Assembly (NCBI GenBank): GCA_963765495.1 | Contig: CAVXWP010000012.1 | Coordinates: 1 to 64,000, forward strand | DNA from: Blastocatellia bacterium | GTDB lineage: Bacteria > Acidobacteriota > Blastocatellia > UBA7656 | Length of the DNA stretch: 64,000 nt | Direction of reading: 5' to 3' | In this document: in pieces, positions 9,825 through 19,077 of the stretch | Layout of the letters: each line of letters opens with the position of its first letter | Numbering within the stretch: position 1 is the first letter of the stretch | Program-made: the position numbers and the translations under genes | Notes under the pieces: generated by a model | Told to the model about the DNA's origin: nothing | Databases searched by the model: none | What the model saw: only the letters and a program-made list of their open reading frames with translations

Positions 9825-12800
9825 ATGGACGAAAGACGACATCGCACACAGTTGCTCGAAGAGGTCCTGGCCGAGCGGATACTCGTGCTTGACGGCGCTA
9901 CGGGGACAGCCATTCAGGCACGCGACCTCAGGGCCGAAGATTTCGGCGGGCCGCATCTGGAAGGCTGTAATGAAAACCTTGTCATCACGCGTCCCGACGT
10001 AGTGCTCGACATTCACAGGCAATATCTGGAAGCCGGAGCCGACATCATCGAGACAAACACGTTTGGCGGGACCGGCATAGTTCTGGCCGAATACGGCCTT
10101 GAAGCTCAAGTTTATAAGCTCAATGAAACGGCGGCGCGTCTTGCCGGACAGGCCGCCCGGGAGTACTCGACTTCAAACAGACCGCGATTCGTTCTGGGCT
10201 CGATGGGGCCAACCACAAAGGCCATCACCGTCACGGGCGGAGTGACTTTCGATCAACTGATAGAAGCCTTTCACGATCAGGCGGCGGGGCTCGTCGCGGG
10301 AGGCGTCGATATTCTGATTCTGGAAACGGCGCAGGACACGCGCAACGTCAAGGCCGGGTTGATAGGCATCTGGCGGCTCTTTGATGAACTGGGGGTTCGC
10401 CTGCCCGTGATGGTCTCGGGAACAATCGAGGCTACGGGAACTATGCTCGCGGGCCAGTCGATTGAGGCCTTCGCGACCTCGCTGATGCACGTCGAACTGC
10501 TTTCAATAGGGCTCAACTGCGCGACCGGGCCCGAGTTTATGACCGATCACATACGCAGTCTGGCGGGGCTTGCCGAGACTCGCGTCTCCTGCGTTCCAAA
10601 CGCGGGGCTGCCAAACGAAGAGGGCTGTTATCTGGAAACGCCCGAAAGCCTCACCTCGACCCTTGAGCGGTTTGTAGATCACGGATGGATCAATCTACTC
10701 GGCGGATGCTGCGGCACGACTTCCGCGCACATCCGCGCGCTCTCTCAGATGGTTGAAGGCAAACGCCCGCGCATTCCTCAGAAACATCACCGGGCGCTCT
10801 TTTCAGGAATTGATTTTGTAGAGGCGAGCGAAGATCAACGTCCGCTCATCGTGGGCGAACGAACCAACGAAGTAGGCTCGCGCAAGTTCAAGCGGTTGAT
10901 CACCGAAGAGAAATACGAAGAGGCGAGCGAAGTCGGGCGTCAGCAGGTAAAAGGCGGCGCGCAAATAATTGATGTCAATCTGCAAAACGCCGACCGCGAC
11001 GAATTGATCGATATTGATCGCTTTTATGATCAACTCGTACGCAAGGTTCGCGTTCCCATAATGATCGACACAACCGATCCGGTGGCAATCGAGCGGTCGC
11101 TCTCATATTGCCAGGGCAAATCGATTATCAATTCGATCAACCTCGAAGACGGGCTTGAAAAATTCGACCGCGTCACGCCGCTTGCCCGCAAGTACGGCGC
11201 GGCGCTCATCGTCGGCTGCATAGACGAAGACAAGCAACAGGCACAGGCGATAACGCGCCAGCGAAAGCTTGAAATAGCGCTCAGGTCTTACAATCTGCTG
11301 ACCGAAGAGTACGCCATTCGCCCGGCAGACATCATCTTTGACCCGCTCGTGTTTCCCTGCGCCACCGGAGATCAGAATTATGTAGGCAGCGCAATCGAAA
11401 CAATCGAAGGCATCCGGCTGATCAAGGAAGCGATGCCCGACACAAAGACTATTCTTGGCATCAGCAACGTCTCGTTCGGGTTACCGGCGGCGGGCCGCGA
11501 GGTGCTCAACTCGGTCTTTCTCTATCATTGCACAAAGGCGGGTCTCGATCTTGCCATAGTGAATTCTGAAAAGCTGGAACGCTATGCTTCGATACCCGAA
11601 CAGGAGCGCCGCCTTGCCGAAGATTTATTATGGAATCGCGGCGCTGATCCGATAGCGGCCTTTGCGGCGCATTTCCGCGATGCTACCTCGCGCGTGAAAA
11701 AGAATGTGGCTGACCTCTCGCTCGACGAGCGGCTTTCAAACTACATTATCGAAGGGACAAAAGAAGGGCTGATCGCGGACCTGGAGCTGAAGCTTGCGGA
11801 ATCTGCGCCGCTCGACATCATAAACGGCCCGTTGATGACCGGGATGGCCGAAGTGGGACGCCTCTTCAACAACAACGAACTGATCGTAGCCGAAGTCCTC
11901 CAGAGCGCCGAGGCGATGAAGGCGGCCGTGTCTTACCTTGAGCAGTTCATGGAGAAAAGCGAAGACAATTCGCGGGGCCGCGTGTTGCTTGCAACCGTCA
12001 AGGGCGACGTTCACGACATAGGCAAAAATCTCGTAGACATAATCCTGTCAAACAACGGCTATACGGTAATAAACCTCGGCATCAAAGTGCCGCCCGAAAC
12101 CCTGATACAGGCAGCCCGCCAGCACAAGCCCGACGCGATAGGGCTTTCGGGGTTGCTTGTAAAATCGGCGCAGCAGATGGTGCTTACGGCGGGCGATTTG
12201 AAAGACGCAAACATCAACCTGCCTTTGATGGTAGGCGGGGCGGCGCTCTCGAATCGCTTTACGCGGGGCAAGATCGCGCCTTCCTACGGAGGCACGGTCG
12301 TTTACGCCAAAGATGCGATGAACGGGCTCGACATTTTGAATCGCCTGATGGACCCTGACGCGCGCTCAAGGCTCGAAGCGGGGTTGCGGGAAGAAGATCT
12401 CGGCGCGGCGGCTCCGGTCATTCAGGTGATAGAGGCGGAGACCGAGCGGCGCAGTTCAAAAATCTCGCTCGATGTTCCGATCCCGCCTGTGCCCGATCTT
12501 GATCGCCACGTAATCGAGGTCGAAGACCTGGATGAGGTATGGAGCTATATCAATCCGCAGATGCTTTACGGCAGGCACCTTGGACTCAGAGGGCGGTTCG
12601 CCGATTTGATAGCGGCGGGTGATCGCCGCGCCCTTGAACTGGAAGAAAAGATCGAGCGTGTGAAAGAGGAGTGCCGCCGGGGCAGCCTTCGGGCGCGAGC
12701 CGTGTGGCAGTTTTTTGAGGTCGAGCCCGAAGGTAATCGGCTTTGCATTTTCGCAGGTAGCGAATCAAGTTTGCCGATAGCCACTTTCCAGTTTCCGCGT

Positions 12801-13322
12801 CAGCGAAAACCGGATGGCGTGGCCTTGAGCGATCTTGCGCTGCCCGCCGAACGCGACCCTGAAACGCGAGCGATCAAGCGCGATCACATCGCCTTGTTTG
12901 TCACCACGGCCGGAGAGGGCATCCGCGAACTTGCCGAGCGGGCAAAACAGGAAGGCGAATATCTGAGGTCATACGCGCTACAGGCGCTGGCTCTTGAAAC
13001 GGCCGAAGCCACAGCCGAATGGCTCCACGCCCGGCTGCGCGCAGAGTGGGGATTTGCGGACCCGGAGGAATTGACGCGGCAGGAATTGTTCCAGGCTCGC
13101 TATCGCGGCAAGCGTTATTCGTTCGGCTATGCCGCGTGCCCCGACCTCGAATCACAGGCCGTATTGTTCGACCTGCTACGCCCCGAACAGATAGGCGTTC
13201 AATTGACCGAAGGCTTCATGATGGAACCCGAAGCGAGCGTATCGGCGCTTGTGTTTCATCACCCGGACGCAACTTACTTTTCCTCGGGCGCGCAAGAATT
13301 AGCCGAGGCCATAACACTGTAG
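9825..13322 (+). CDS. metH: Cobalamin-dependent methionine synthase
   Basis: GLNCATG, GGCCGT, VGERTN, cobalamin motif GDVHDIGKN, SGLL, RYSFGY and PEASVSA. Confidence 0.97.
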   Translation: MDERRHRTQLLEEVLAERILVLDGATGTAIQARDLRAEDFGGPHLEGCNENLVITRPDVVLDIHRQYLEAGADIIETNTFGGTGIVLAEYGLEAQVYKLNETAARLAGQAAREYSTSNRPRFVLGSMGPTTKAITVTGGVTFDQLIEAFHDQAAGLVAGGVDILILETAQDTRNVKAGLIGIWRLFDELGVRLPVMVSGTIEATGTMLAGQSIEAFATSLMHVELLSIGLNCATGPEFMTDHIRSLAGLAETRVSCVPNAGLPNEEGCYLETPESLTSTLERFVDHGWINLLGGCCGTTSAHIRALSQMVEGKRPRIPQKHHRALFSGIDFVEASEDQRPLIVGERTNEVGSRKFKRLITEEKYEEASEVGRQQVKGGAQIIDVNLQNADRDELIDIDRFYDQLVRKVRVPIMIDTTDPVAIERSLSYCQGKSIINSINLEDGLEKFDRVTPLARKYGAALIVGCIDEDKQQAQAITRQRKLEIALRSYNLLTEEYAIRPADIIFDPLVFPCATGDQNYVGSAIETIEGIRLIKEAMPDTKTILGISNVSFGLPAAGREVLNSVFLYHCTKAGLDLAIVNSEKLERYASIPEQERRLAEDLLWNRGADPIAAFAAHFRDATSRVKKNVADLSLDERLSNYIIEGTKEGLIADLELKLAESAPLDIINGPLMTGMAEVGRLFNNNELIVAEVLQSAEAMKAAVSYLEQFMEKSEDNSRGRVLLATVKGDVHDIGKNLVDIILSNNGYTVINLGIKVPPETLIQAARQHKPDAIGLSGLLVKSAQQMVLTAGDLKDANINLPLMVGGAALSNRFTRGKIAPSYGGTVVYAKDAMNGLDILNRLMDPDARSRLEAGLREEDLGAAAPVIQVIEAETERRSSKISLDVPIPPVPDLDRHVIEVEDLDEVWSYINPQMLYGRHLGLRGRFADLIAAGDRRALELEEKIERVKEECRRGSLRARAVWQFFEVEPEGNRLCIFAGSESSLPIATFQFPRQRKPDGVALSDLALPAERDPETRAIKRDHIALFVTTAGEGIRELAERAKQEGEYLRSYALQALALETAEATAEWLHARLRAEWGFADPEELTRQELFQARYRGKRYSFGYAACPDLESQAVLFDLLRPEQIGVQLTEGFMMEPEASVSALVFHHPDATYFSSGAQELAEAITL

Positions 13323-13464
13323 GCAGTGGTCAGTGATCAGTGGGCAGTGGTCAGCACGAATCAGATCCGCGTAAATCCGTCGAATCCGTGGCCTATTCCC
13401 ATTTACCAATTTGTAGGCTCCGGTTTAATCAGAATCCTTACTTGACTCGCCACTGACCACTGCC
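13322..13464. repeat. Composite element: (CAGTGRY)n heptamer arms enclosing a 9-mer-repeat half element ending GGCCTATT
   Basis: Arms at 13322-13354 and 13451-13464; inner element 13364-13397. Confidence 0.8.
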
Positions 13465-13553
13465 AGAAGTTCATCGCAAGCGGCTATGCTGCTTTCGTTC
13501 TAGCAGTGTCTAACGATAGTTATCCCAGCTAACCAAAACTCAGGAGGTTTGCC

Positions 13554-13676
13554 ATGCGTAGCCTGAGGATTATTATTGTCTGTTCCCTCTTGGCCTTGTT
13601 CTTTTGCGTTCAGTTTTCTAAAGCCAGCACCGGCCTGCGAGTCAATGATTTGTCATCACCGGTAGAGATTGACTGA
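13554..13676 (+). CDS. 40-aa ORF that is almost entirely signal peptide (MRSLRIIIVCSLLALFFCVQFSKA-STGLRVNDLSSPVEID); small exported peptide or gene remnant
   Basis: Strong AGGAGG site 6 nt before ATG; basic, hydrophobic, SKA pattern; translated by hand, below the ORF-track cutoff. Confidence 0.55.
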   Translation: MRSLRIIIVCSLLALFFCVQFSKASTGLRVNDLSSPVEID

Positions 13677-13681
13677 TCTGA

Positions 13682-14362
13682 TCATCTTGTCAATCCTTTC
13701 TGAATATCGGCGAGGTTTCGAGGCACGTGCTTGAGCCAGTAACTTAATAGCTCGGGTTGCGCTTTAAGCCTTGCCTGAATCGCGTCAATCTCTTCGGGCG
13801 AAAAATAATCTCGCCTCTTTTCCTTTAGGCTCTTTGCGGGTATGTGCCCGTAAAGCCACTCGCGATACTGTTTCAGCCCCTCCGCGTAACCGCGAGCGAT
13901 AGCCTGCAAATCGGTCGATCTTTCAAATCGCGCCGTGTAGCCTTTTGAAATCAGCCGCACCAGTCCAAAAAGTCGCAGGCGATTCCTCTTCTTGAAATAG
14001 AGCACGTGGTCAAGCTCGTGAGCGATGATCGCTCGCACGCCCTCTTCGGGCGGATCTGATTCAAACAACCGGGGGTTGATCTTGAGGATGTAATGCATTT
14101 TCCTGAACGAAACGAACCGGCAGGCGCTAAAGCTTGTGCGAAAATAATCCGATTCATTATCGAAGCTTTTTATTTCAACCTTCGCGTCTTTCAGTTCCGG
14201 GTAAGAAGCTGTTCTAATCTCCTCGACTATTTTGCGCGCCCGCTCGACGGCCTGTGCCTTTGCATCTTTTGCACTCGCAATCTGACCGCAGGCTCGATCA
14301 GCCTGCGCCAGTAGGCTAAACACAACCAGCAATATGTGAAACAGCAGGAACCGTCTAAGCAT
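13682..14362 (-). CDS. Exported HExxH putative zinc metallopeptidase
   Basis: Signal peptide; IIAHELDH and a downstream FERSTD (ExxxD) as in M48/M56-like enzymes. Confidence 0.7.
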   Translation of the reverse strand: MLRRFLLFHILLVVFSLLAQADRACGQIASAKDAKAQAVERARKIVEEIRTASYPELKDAKVEIKSFDNESDYFRTSFSACRFVSFRKMHYILKINPRLFESDPPEEGVRAIIAHELDHVLYFKKRNRLRLFGLVRLISKGYTARFERSTDLQAIARGYAEGLKQYREWLYGHIPAKSLKEKRRDYFSPEEIDAIQARLKAQPELLSYWLKHVPRNLADIQKGLTR

Positions 14363-14382
14363 TCTTATTCCTCTGACCCGTA

Positions 14383-17031
14383 TTAACTCTGACGTGAGCC
14401 GGATTGCTGGCGGTACTCGATCAGCGATTTTGCAAGCGCAACGAGCGACGCGGGCTTTATGCCGCGTGCGCGGTTTGCCTCGCCTATCTGGAAGGCGATT
14501 CGCCATTGCTCGAATAAAATCTTATACGCGCCAAAGAGGCTGATCTTGGGATCGTAAATGTGCGTGGCTTCCGATGTGACGCCGTTTAACTCGATCACCT
14601 TGAAATTCTTCCCCTGTTGAAATTCATCAATCGAAGGTGTCCTGATGTCAAACCTGCCGAAATAAAATCCGTCAAAGCTTTGACTGATGCGGTCCACGGC
14701 TTCTTCGATCTCGGCGGTATTTACCCAGCTTCCATCCAGAAAAATCGCGCCCCGGCAATGCGTGCCTAACTCCACAAGCTGCACACGCTCGCCTTTCGCG
14801 GGCACATCCCACAAACGGTCGCCCTGTTTGTTCAAATAAAACCGCGCCATGCAGACGGCTCGCTCATCTTTCAGAATCAGCCGCTCCAGTGTGCTTGCGC
14901 CGTCGCCTTCTACGACGGGGAATTGTTTTTCAGTGATGGAAAATATCCGGCCTCGCTCCTCATTGGGATAACGATAATAGAATACTCCAAATTCGCAGCC
15001 CGCTACGTGCTCTTGAATTATCGTCTCTTCTTCGGTGTTTCGCAGATAGGCTTCCAACTCGCTTTTCGTTCTGACGACAGCCACGCCCGAACCGCGCTGC
15101 CCCGCGTCTGGCTTGAGGACTACGGGGAGGCTCAAGTTGTTTTCAGCTATAAAATCCTCCGCCTGCTTTATTCGCTCATCCGCGCTGAGAGAAACGGATA
15201 TACATCGCCCCCTTGCGATGTATCCGTCGGCTCCGGCAAGCGATTTGAGTATTTCAGCCTTTGATTCGCCTATGAATCCGCCGCCCGGTATCGCCGGGTT
15301 TGCAGCCGTAAAGACCGATAAACTGTGATGCTTCAAGGCGAGAAAAGCTACATAAAATATCACAGGCGGATAAAAGGCCCACGGCGGCCAGAACTCCCAA
15401 TTGAATTTCCTGCGCCAGAACGAGACAAGCATTCGCCTGCCGCGATAGCTCGCCGTCATTATCACAAGCTTTGCCGCGACGAGCACGATTATCGCCGTGG
15501 CCGCGACCTTTATCAGAAAATTCTGCCCGGCAAACAGGGCCGATTGAATCACCTCGCCGCCAAGCACCGCCGATAAGCCTACGAGCAATGGAGTCCACAC
15601 GGCACCGGCTATAAAGAAATAGAGCGCGAACCACCAGAAGCTTGTATCGAGAAGCCCTGCGGCAAAATAGGTAGGCAGCCGCATCCCGGGCACGAAGCGG
15701 CTGGCCGCGATCACAGGGATGCCTTTGCGCGAAAACCACGTAGAGCTTCTTTCGACATCCTTCTCGCGGATAAACCACTTCAAGGGCGCGGTCCTCAGGG
15801 CCGGTCGCCCCAGATACCGCCCCGCGATGTAGAGCAATACGTCGCCTGCGAAGATGCCTACAAAACAGGCGAACGCGCCGAACAGGTAGGCGACTCTTCC
15901 CTGCGCGACCATCATGCCCACGCCAATCGAGGTCAGGTCTTCGCTCACAAGCGTGGCGGCTGCGATGAGCCCAAGCAGCACCACGGCCGTGATGCCGGTT
16001 GCCTTTGGCACGCTCGCCGGGTCAAAGGGACGCGCGGCTTCGGCGAGCCTCACGGGGTCGGCATTCGCTCGCGTGCGAGCCTCGTTGTGATCCACGCGGC
16101 TCAGAAATTCATTCATCGGGCGGCCAAGCAGTCCGGCGTTCATAAAGACCGTGAAGTGGTTTTCGTCTTCGTTTAAGATCAGATCGCTTTGCGCCACAAG
16201 CCTGTGATGTTCAATCGCCGCTTCGACGGGCACAAGCACATCCTTTCGCCCGTGAATTATCAGCATAGGCCCCTCGTAGCGCGAAAGTATCCCGCGCAAA
16301 GGCCGCTGATCCGAATCATAAAAATTGCGCGCATAAGGCACGCCCAGCATGGCCCCGTCGAGCCCTCCCATGTGCGGAAAGCCTTCGCGCATAAACCAGA
16401 GCCCCATCAATTGCAAACCGTGAATGGCGTGGTTTAAGTGATAATCGCCGAGCAACTCCATCTCCTGCACGCCGATGGCCGACAGCATCGTGAGCGATTC
16501 TACGCGGTCGGGCGCGAGGTCTGCGATGCTGAGCGCTACCCCGCCGCCCATGCTGAAGCCGACAATGTGAGCGCGGGCGATGCCGAGCCTGTCGAGCAAC
16601 TGAATCACATAACGAGCGTGAGCGCGAAATGAATAGTCGGGAATGTCGTGTGTAGAGTGCCCGAATCCCGGAAGGTCAGGAGCTATCACACGATAGCTCC
16701 TCGCAAGCATCGGAGCGAGCCTTGTGAAGTCGCCGCCTTCGCCCGGGCTCCCGTGTAAAAGCACAACCGTGGGAACCGCTTCAACGGAGGGGGGGCCGTA
16801 TTCTCTAAAAGCCACGCGCACCTGTTTATCGAGATATCGCTCGCCGTCAACCGCTTCGGTCATCACGGACTTTTCGCCTTCGGGCAGCGGGTCGTCGTGA
16901 GCGCGAACGGCGCGGACTATGTGCGACACGAGAAGCAGCGCCAGATAGACGACAAGCAAGCGCCACTTCCACCGGCTAAAAAGAGTTTGCCGCTTTTTGG
17001 GAGGGTCCGTGATTTTTTGGGAATCCTTCAT
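14383..17031 (-). CDS. Fusion of alpha/beta hydrolase, DedA (VTT) membrane domain and ATP-grasp ligase
   Basis: HGSPG, GFSMG, GRKDVLVP, NHF; GDVLLY..GR and SRFVPGMR; LKPDAGQRGSGV, QEHV, GRFDIR, IELNG; ATGA overlap with the NRDE gene stop. Confidence 0.88.
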   Translation of the reverse strand: MKDSQKITDPPKKRQTLFSRWKWRLLVVYLALLLVSHIVRAVRAHDDPLPEGEKSVMTEAVDGERYLDKQVRVAFREYGPPSVEAVPTVVLLHGSPGEGGDFTRLAPMLARSYRVIAPDLPGFGHSTHDIPDYSFRAHARYVIQLLDRLGIARAHIVGFSMGGGVALSIADLAPDRVESLTMLSAIGVQEMELLGDYHLNHAIHGLQLMGLWFMREGFPHMGGLDGAMLGVPYARNFYDSDQRPLRGILSRYEGPMLIIHGRKDVLVPVEAAIEHHRLVAQSDLILNEDENHFTVFMNAGLLGRPMNEFLSRVDHNEARTRANADPVRLAEAARPFDPASVPKATGITAVVLLGLIAAATLVSEDLTSIGVGMMVAQGRVAYLFGAFACFVGIFAGDVLLYIAGRYLGRPALRTAPLKWFIREKDVERSSTWFSRKGIPVIAASRFVPGMRLPTYFAAGLLDTSFWWFALYFFIAGAVWTPLLVGLSAVLGGEVIQSALFAGQNFLIKVAATAIIVLVAAKLVIMTASYRGRRMLVSFWRRKFNWEFWPPWAFYPPVIFYVAFLALKHHSLSVFTAANPAIPGGGFIGESKAEILKSLAGADGYIARGRCISVSLSADERIKQAEDFIAENNLSLPVVLKPDAGQRGSGVAVVRTKSELEAYLRNTEEETIIQEHVAGCEFGVFYYRYPNEERGRIFSITEKQFPVVEGDGASTLERLILKDERAVCMARFYLNKQGDRLWDVPAKGERVQLVELGTHCRGAIFLDGSWVNTAEIEEAVDRISQSFDGFYFGRFDIRTPSIDEFQQGKNFKVIELNGVTSEATHIYDPKISLFGAYKILFEQWRIAFQIGEANRARGIKPASLVALAKSLIEYRQQSGSRQS

Positions 17032-17765
17032 TGGCCGCAACCCGCTCGTTTCATCTCAACCGTTTCCATCGGTTTATCCGAGCACGGCGACGCCGCCTTA
17101 TAAAGAAATTCTATCTTTGAGCCTGTGACCTTGACCCAGCTGAAGCTTACCGTTTCGGCATCCGCTCTATGCATGCACGGAGAGTATGCATTTGCCTTAC
17201 CCGCGTGGCTCAGGTGAAAGCTCTGAAGGACTTCTGAATCCACCCGTTCATATGAATCTGACATGCGCTCGAAAAGATTCTTGCGAAAACGGTCTACTCC
17301 CCGCGTATCAAAAGAAGAAGAGACAAGAGGCATACGGGCCTCGCCGTTACTTTCAATCAACCGCTCACGCCCGGTCCAGTGAATTATCAGCGCCGTTTCG
17401 TTCGGTGCAAGCGAGACAAGCGTAAAGGGCTGAAATCGAGAAAGCTCCATATCAGCCGTGCGGCTGTCGAGGATGTCTTTCGAACGGGCGTCGAGCAAAT
17501 CCAGCACCAGCAACCCCCGGCTCGTGTAACCCTCCGGCGGACCTGTTGCCTCGTCTTCGTAACGGTTCAGCAAACACAGCGCCAGCCCGAATTCATTCAC
17601 GCCTATCCACGTTCCCCCGTGGTCCCCGTCGCTCGGGGCGATGGAGCGGACTCCCCCAAACTGCCCGACGGCAGGGGGGGCAGCGGGTTTGCGGGTTAAG
17701 CGTTCGTCTCGATTGCACAACAGATGATAACCGTCAGCGGTGTGGAGCCAGCTTACCGTGCACAT
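17028..17765 (-). CDS. NRDE / TANGO2 family protein (Ntn-hydrolase fold)
   Basis: N-terminal MCT, literal NRDE motif, GGTWIGVN, SRGLLV. Confidence 0.92.
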   Translation of the reverse strand: MCTVSWLHTADGYHLLCNRDERLTRKPAAPPAVGQFGGVRSIAPSDGDHGGTWIGVNEFGLALCLLNRYEDEATGPPEGYTSRGLLVLDLLDARSKDILDSRTADMELSRFQPFTLVSLAPNETALIIHWTGRERLIESNGEARMPLVSSSFDTRGVDRFRKNLFERMSDSYERVDSEVLQSFHLSHAGKANAYSPCMHRADAETVSFSWVKVTGSKIEFLYKAASPCSDKPMETVEMKRAGCGQ

Positions 17766-18286
17766 TGCGATACTTCTTTCCAGTGCTCAAGCGTAGAGGG
17801 CGCGACGCCGAACTGCTCGCCCGGCTCGAATCCCTGAATCCGCAACATCATCGCTATGATTGCGTAGTGATGTATCGTGTGGCTCATAAGGAAATTCATC
17901 TCGCGGAGCACCGATGAGTCCCCCCACGAATCGGGGTCAAGCGGCGCAGCGCACTCCATCTTTACGCGCAGGCGCGTTCCGCTATCGGCTGCGGAAAAGC
18001 TCTCAAGCCGGTTGATAATCCGTTCGATCTGCTCAAGCGCAATCGCGCGGTTCCGCTCGATAAGCTCGTTTCTTTCTCTGACATCGTAATCAATTTCCCC
18101 GGCCTCTAACCCCGCAAAAAAGCAATTGTAGGAATCGAGGCAATGGCGAAAATGCGTGCCTGCGCTGTAGTTAAAAAACGGACGTTTGACGCCTGTGTAC
18201 AGACCATCATCTAGGCGGGCGATCAACTCGCCGCCCTGCCTGAGCGCATATATATTATTGCCGGTTAAAAAATTCGCGCGCTGCAT
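17753..18286 (-). CDS. DinB family protein
   Basis: GTHFRHCLD, SHTIHHYA, FGVAPST; GGAGG site before MQRANF. Confidence 0.85.
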   Translation of the reverse strand: MQRANFLTGNNIYALRQGGELIARLDDGLYTGVKRPFFNYSAGTHFRHCLDSYNCFFAGLEAGEIDYDVRERNELIERNRAIALEQIERIINRLESFSAADSGTRLRVKMECAAPLDPDSWGDSSVLREMNFLMSHTIHHYAIIAMMLRIQGFEPGEQFGVAPSTLEHWKEVSQCAR

Positions 18287-19056
18287 TCTTCCTCCAATCC
18301 AACTACGGGAGTGAACTGCCCTTCTACGGCCAGTTGCAATCTCCGGGCCAGCGACTTGCGGTCGCCGTCGGAAATAGTCTCCTGACCAAAAACAAGCGTA
18401 GCGTAAAACCGAGGTATGCGAAATAGATCGAGCAGGTGGCTTACGAATGTCATATCGCCCCACCAGCACACAGACAAATTTGCCGGGACCTGTCCGGGCG
18501 GGGTGCGATAGCTGATGCTGGCATAAGAGACCGGGAAACCGGCTCTGGCAGCCGGTTCCAGAAGCGACGGGTTAAAAGGCAATACCCGGGCTCCCTCGGA
18601 GCTTGTCCCTTCGGCAAACAGCACGACCCCCTGACTGGTGCCCATAACTTTTTCGATTCTGTCGATGACCCTCGGTATATCCTTGCGTCGTGTGCGGTCA
18701 ATAAAAATCGTGTGCGCGGCCCGGGACAGAAGACCGATCACGGGCCAGCGCGCCACATCACCCCTGGCGATGAATACGCAATCACTTTGAGTGGCAAAGG
18801 CTATAACGTCTATGTAGCTCAGGTGATTCGATACGAGAAAAAAGGGCGTTTCGGGAGCGCGCCCGCGCGTAGTCAGCTTCATTCCGATAATAGAGGCGGT
18901 TGCCTTTGCCCATTTTCTGAACATGAATTTGCGCCACCACAAGGCCGCATCGCCAAACGGGAACAGGAAAGCCAGAACCAGCAGGTAGAGCGCATACATG
19001 CCAGCCGTCACGACTGAAAGCGTAATCACTCGAATTATAACGCGAAGCCGACTCAT
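18265..19056 (-). CDS. PlsC-family lysolipid acyltransferase (OlsA-like)
   Basis: SNHLSYID (HX4D), IFIDR, FAEGTS, CWWGDMTF. Confidence 0.9.
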   Translation of the reverse strand: MSRLRVIIRVITLSVVTAGMYALYLLVLAFLFPFGDAALWWRKFMFRKWAKATASIIGMKLTTRGRAPETPFFLVSNHLSYIDVIAFATQSDCVFIARGDVARWPVIGLLSRAAHTIFIDRTRRKDIPRVIDRIEKVMGTSQGVVLFAEGTSSEGARVLPFNPSLLEPAARAGFPVSYASISYRTPPGQVPANLSVCWWGDMTFVSHLLDLFRIPRFYATLVFGQETISDGDRKSLARRLQLAVEGQFTPVVGLEEECSARIF

Positions 19057-19077
19057 TTACCCTTTCCCTGCCTCGGT

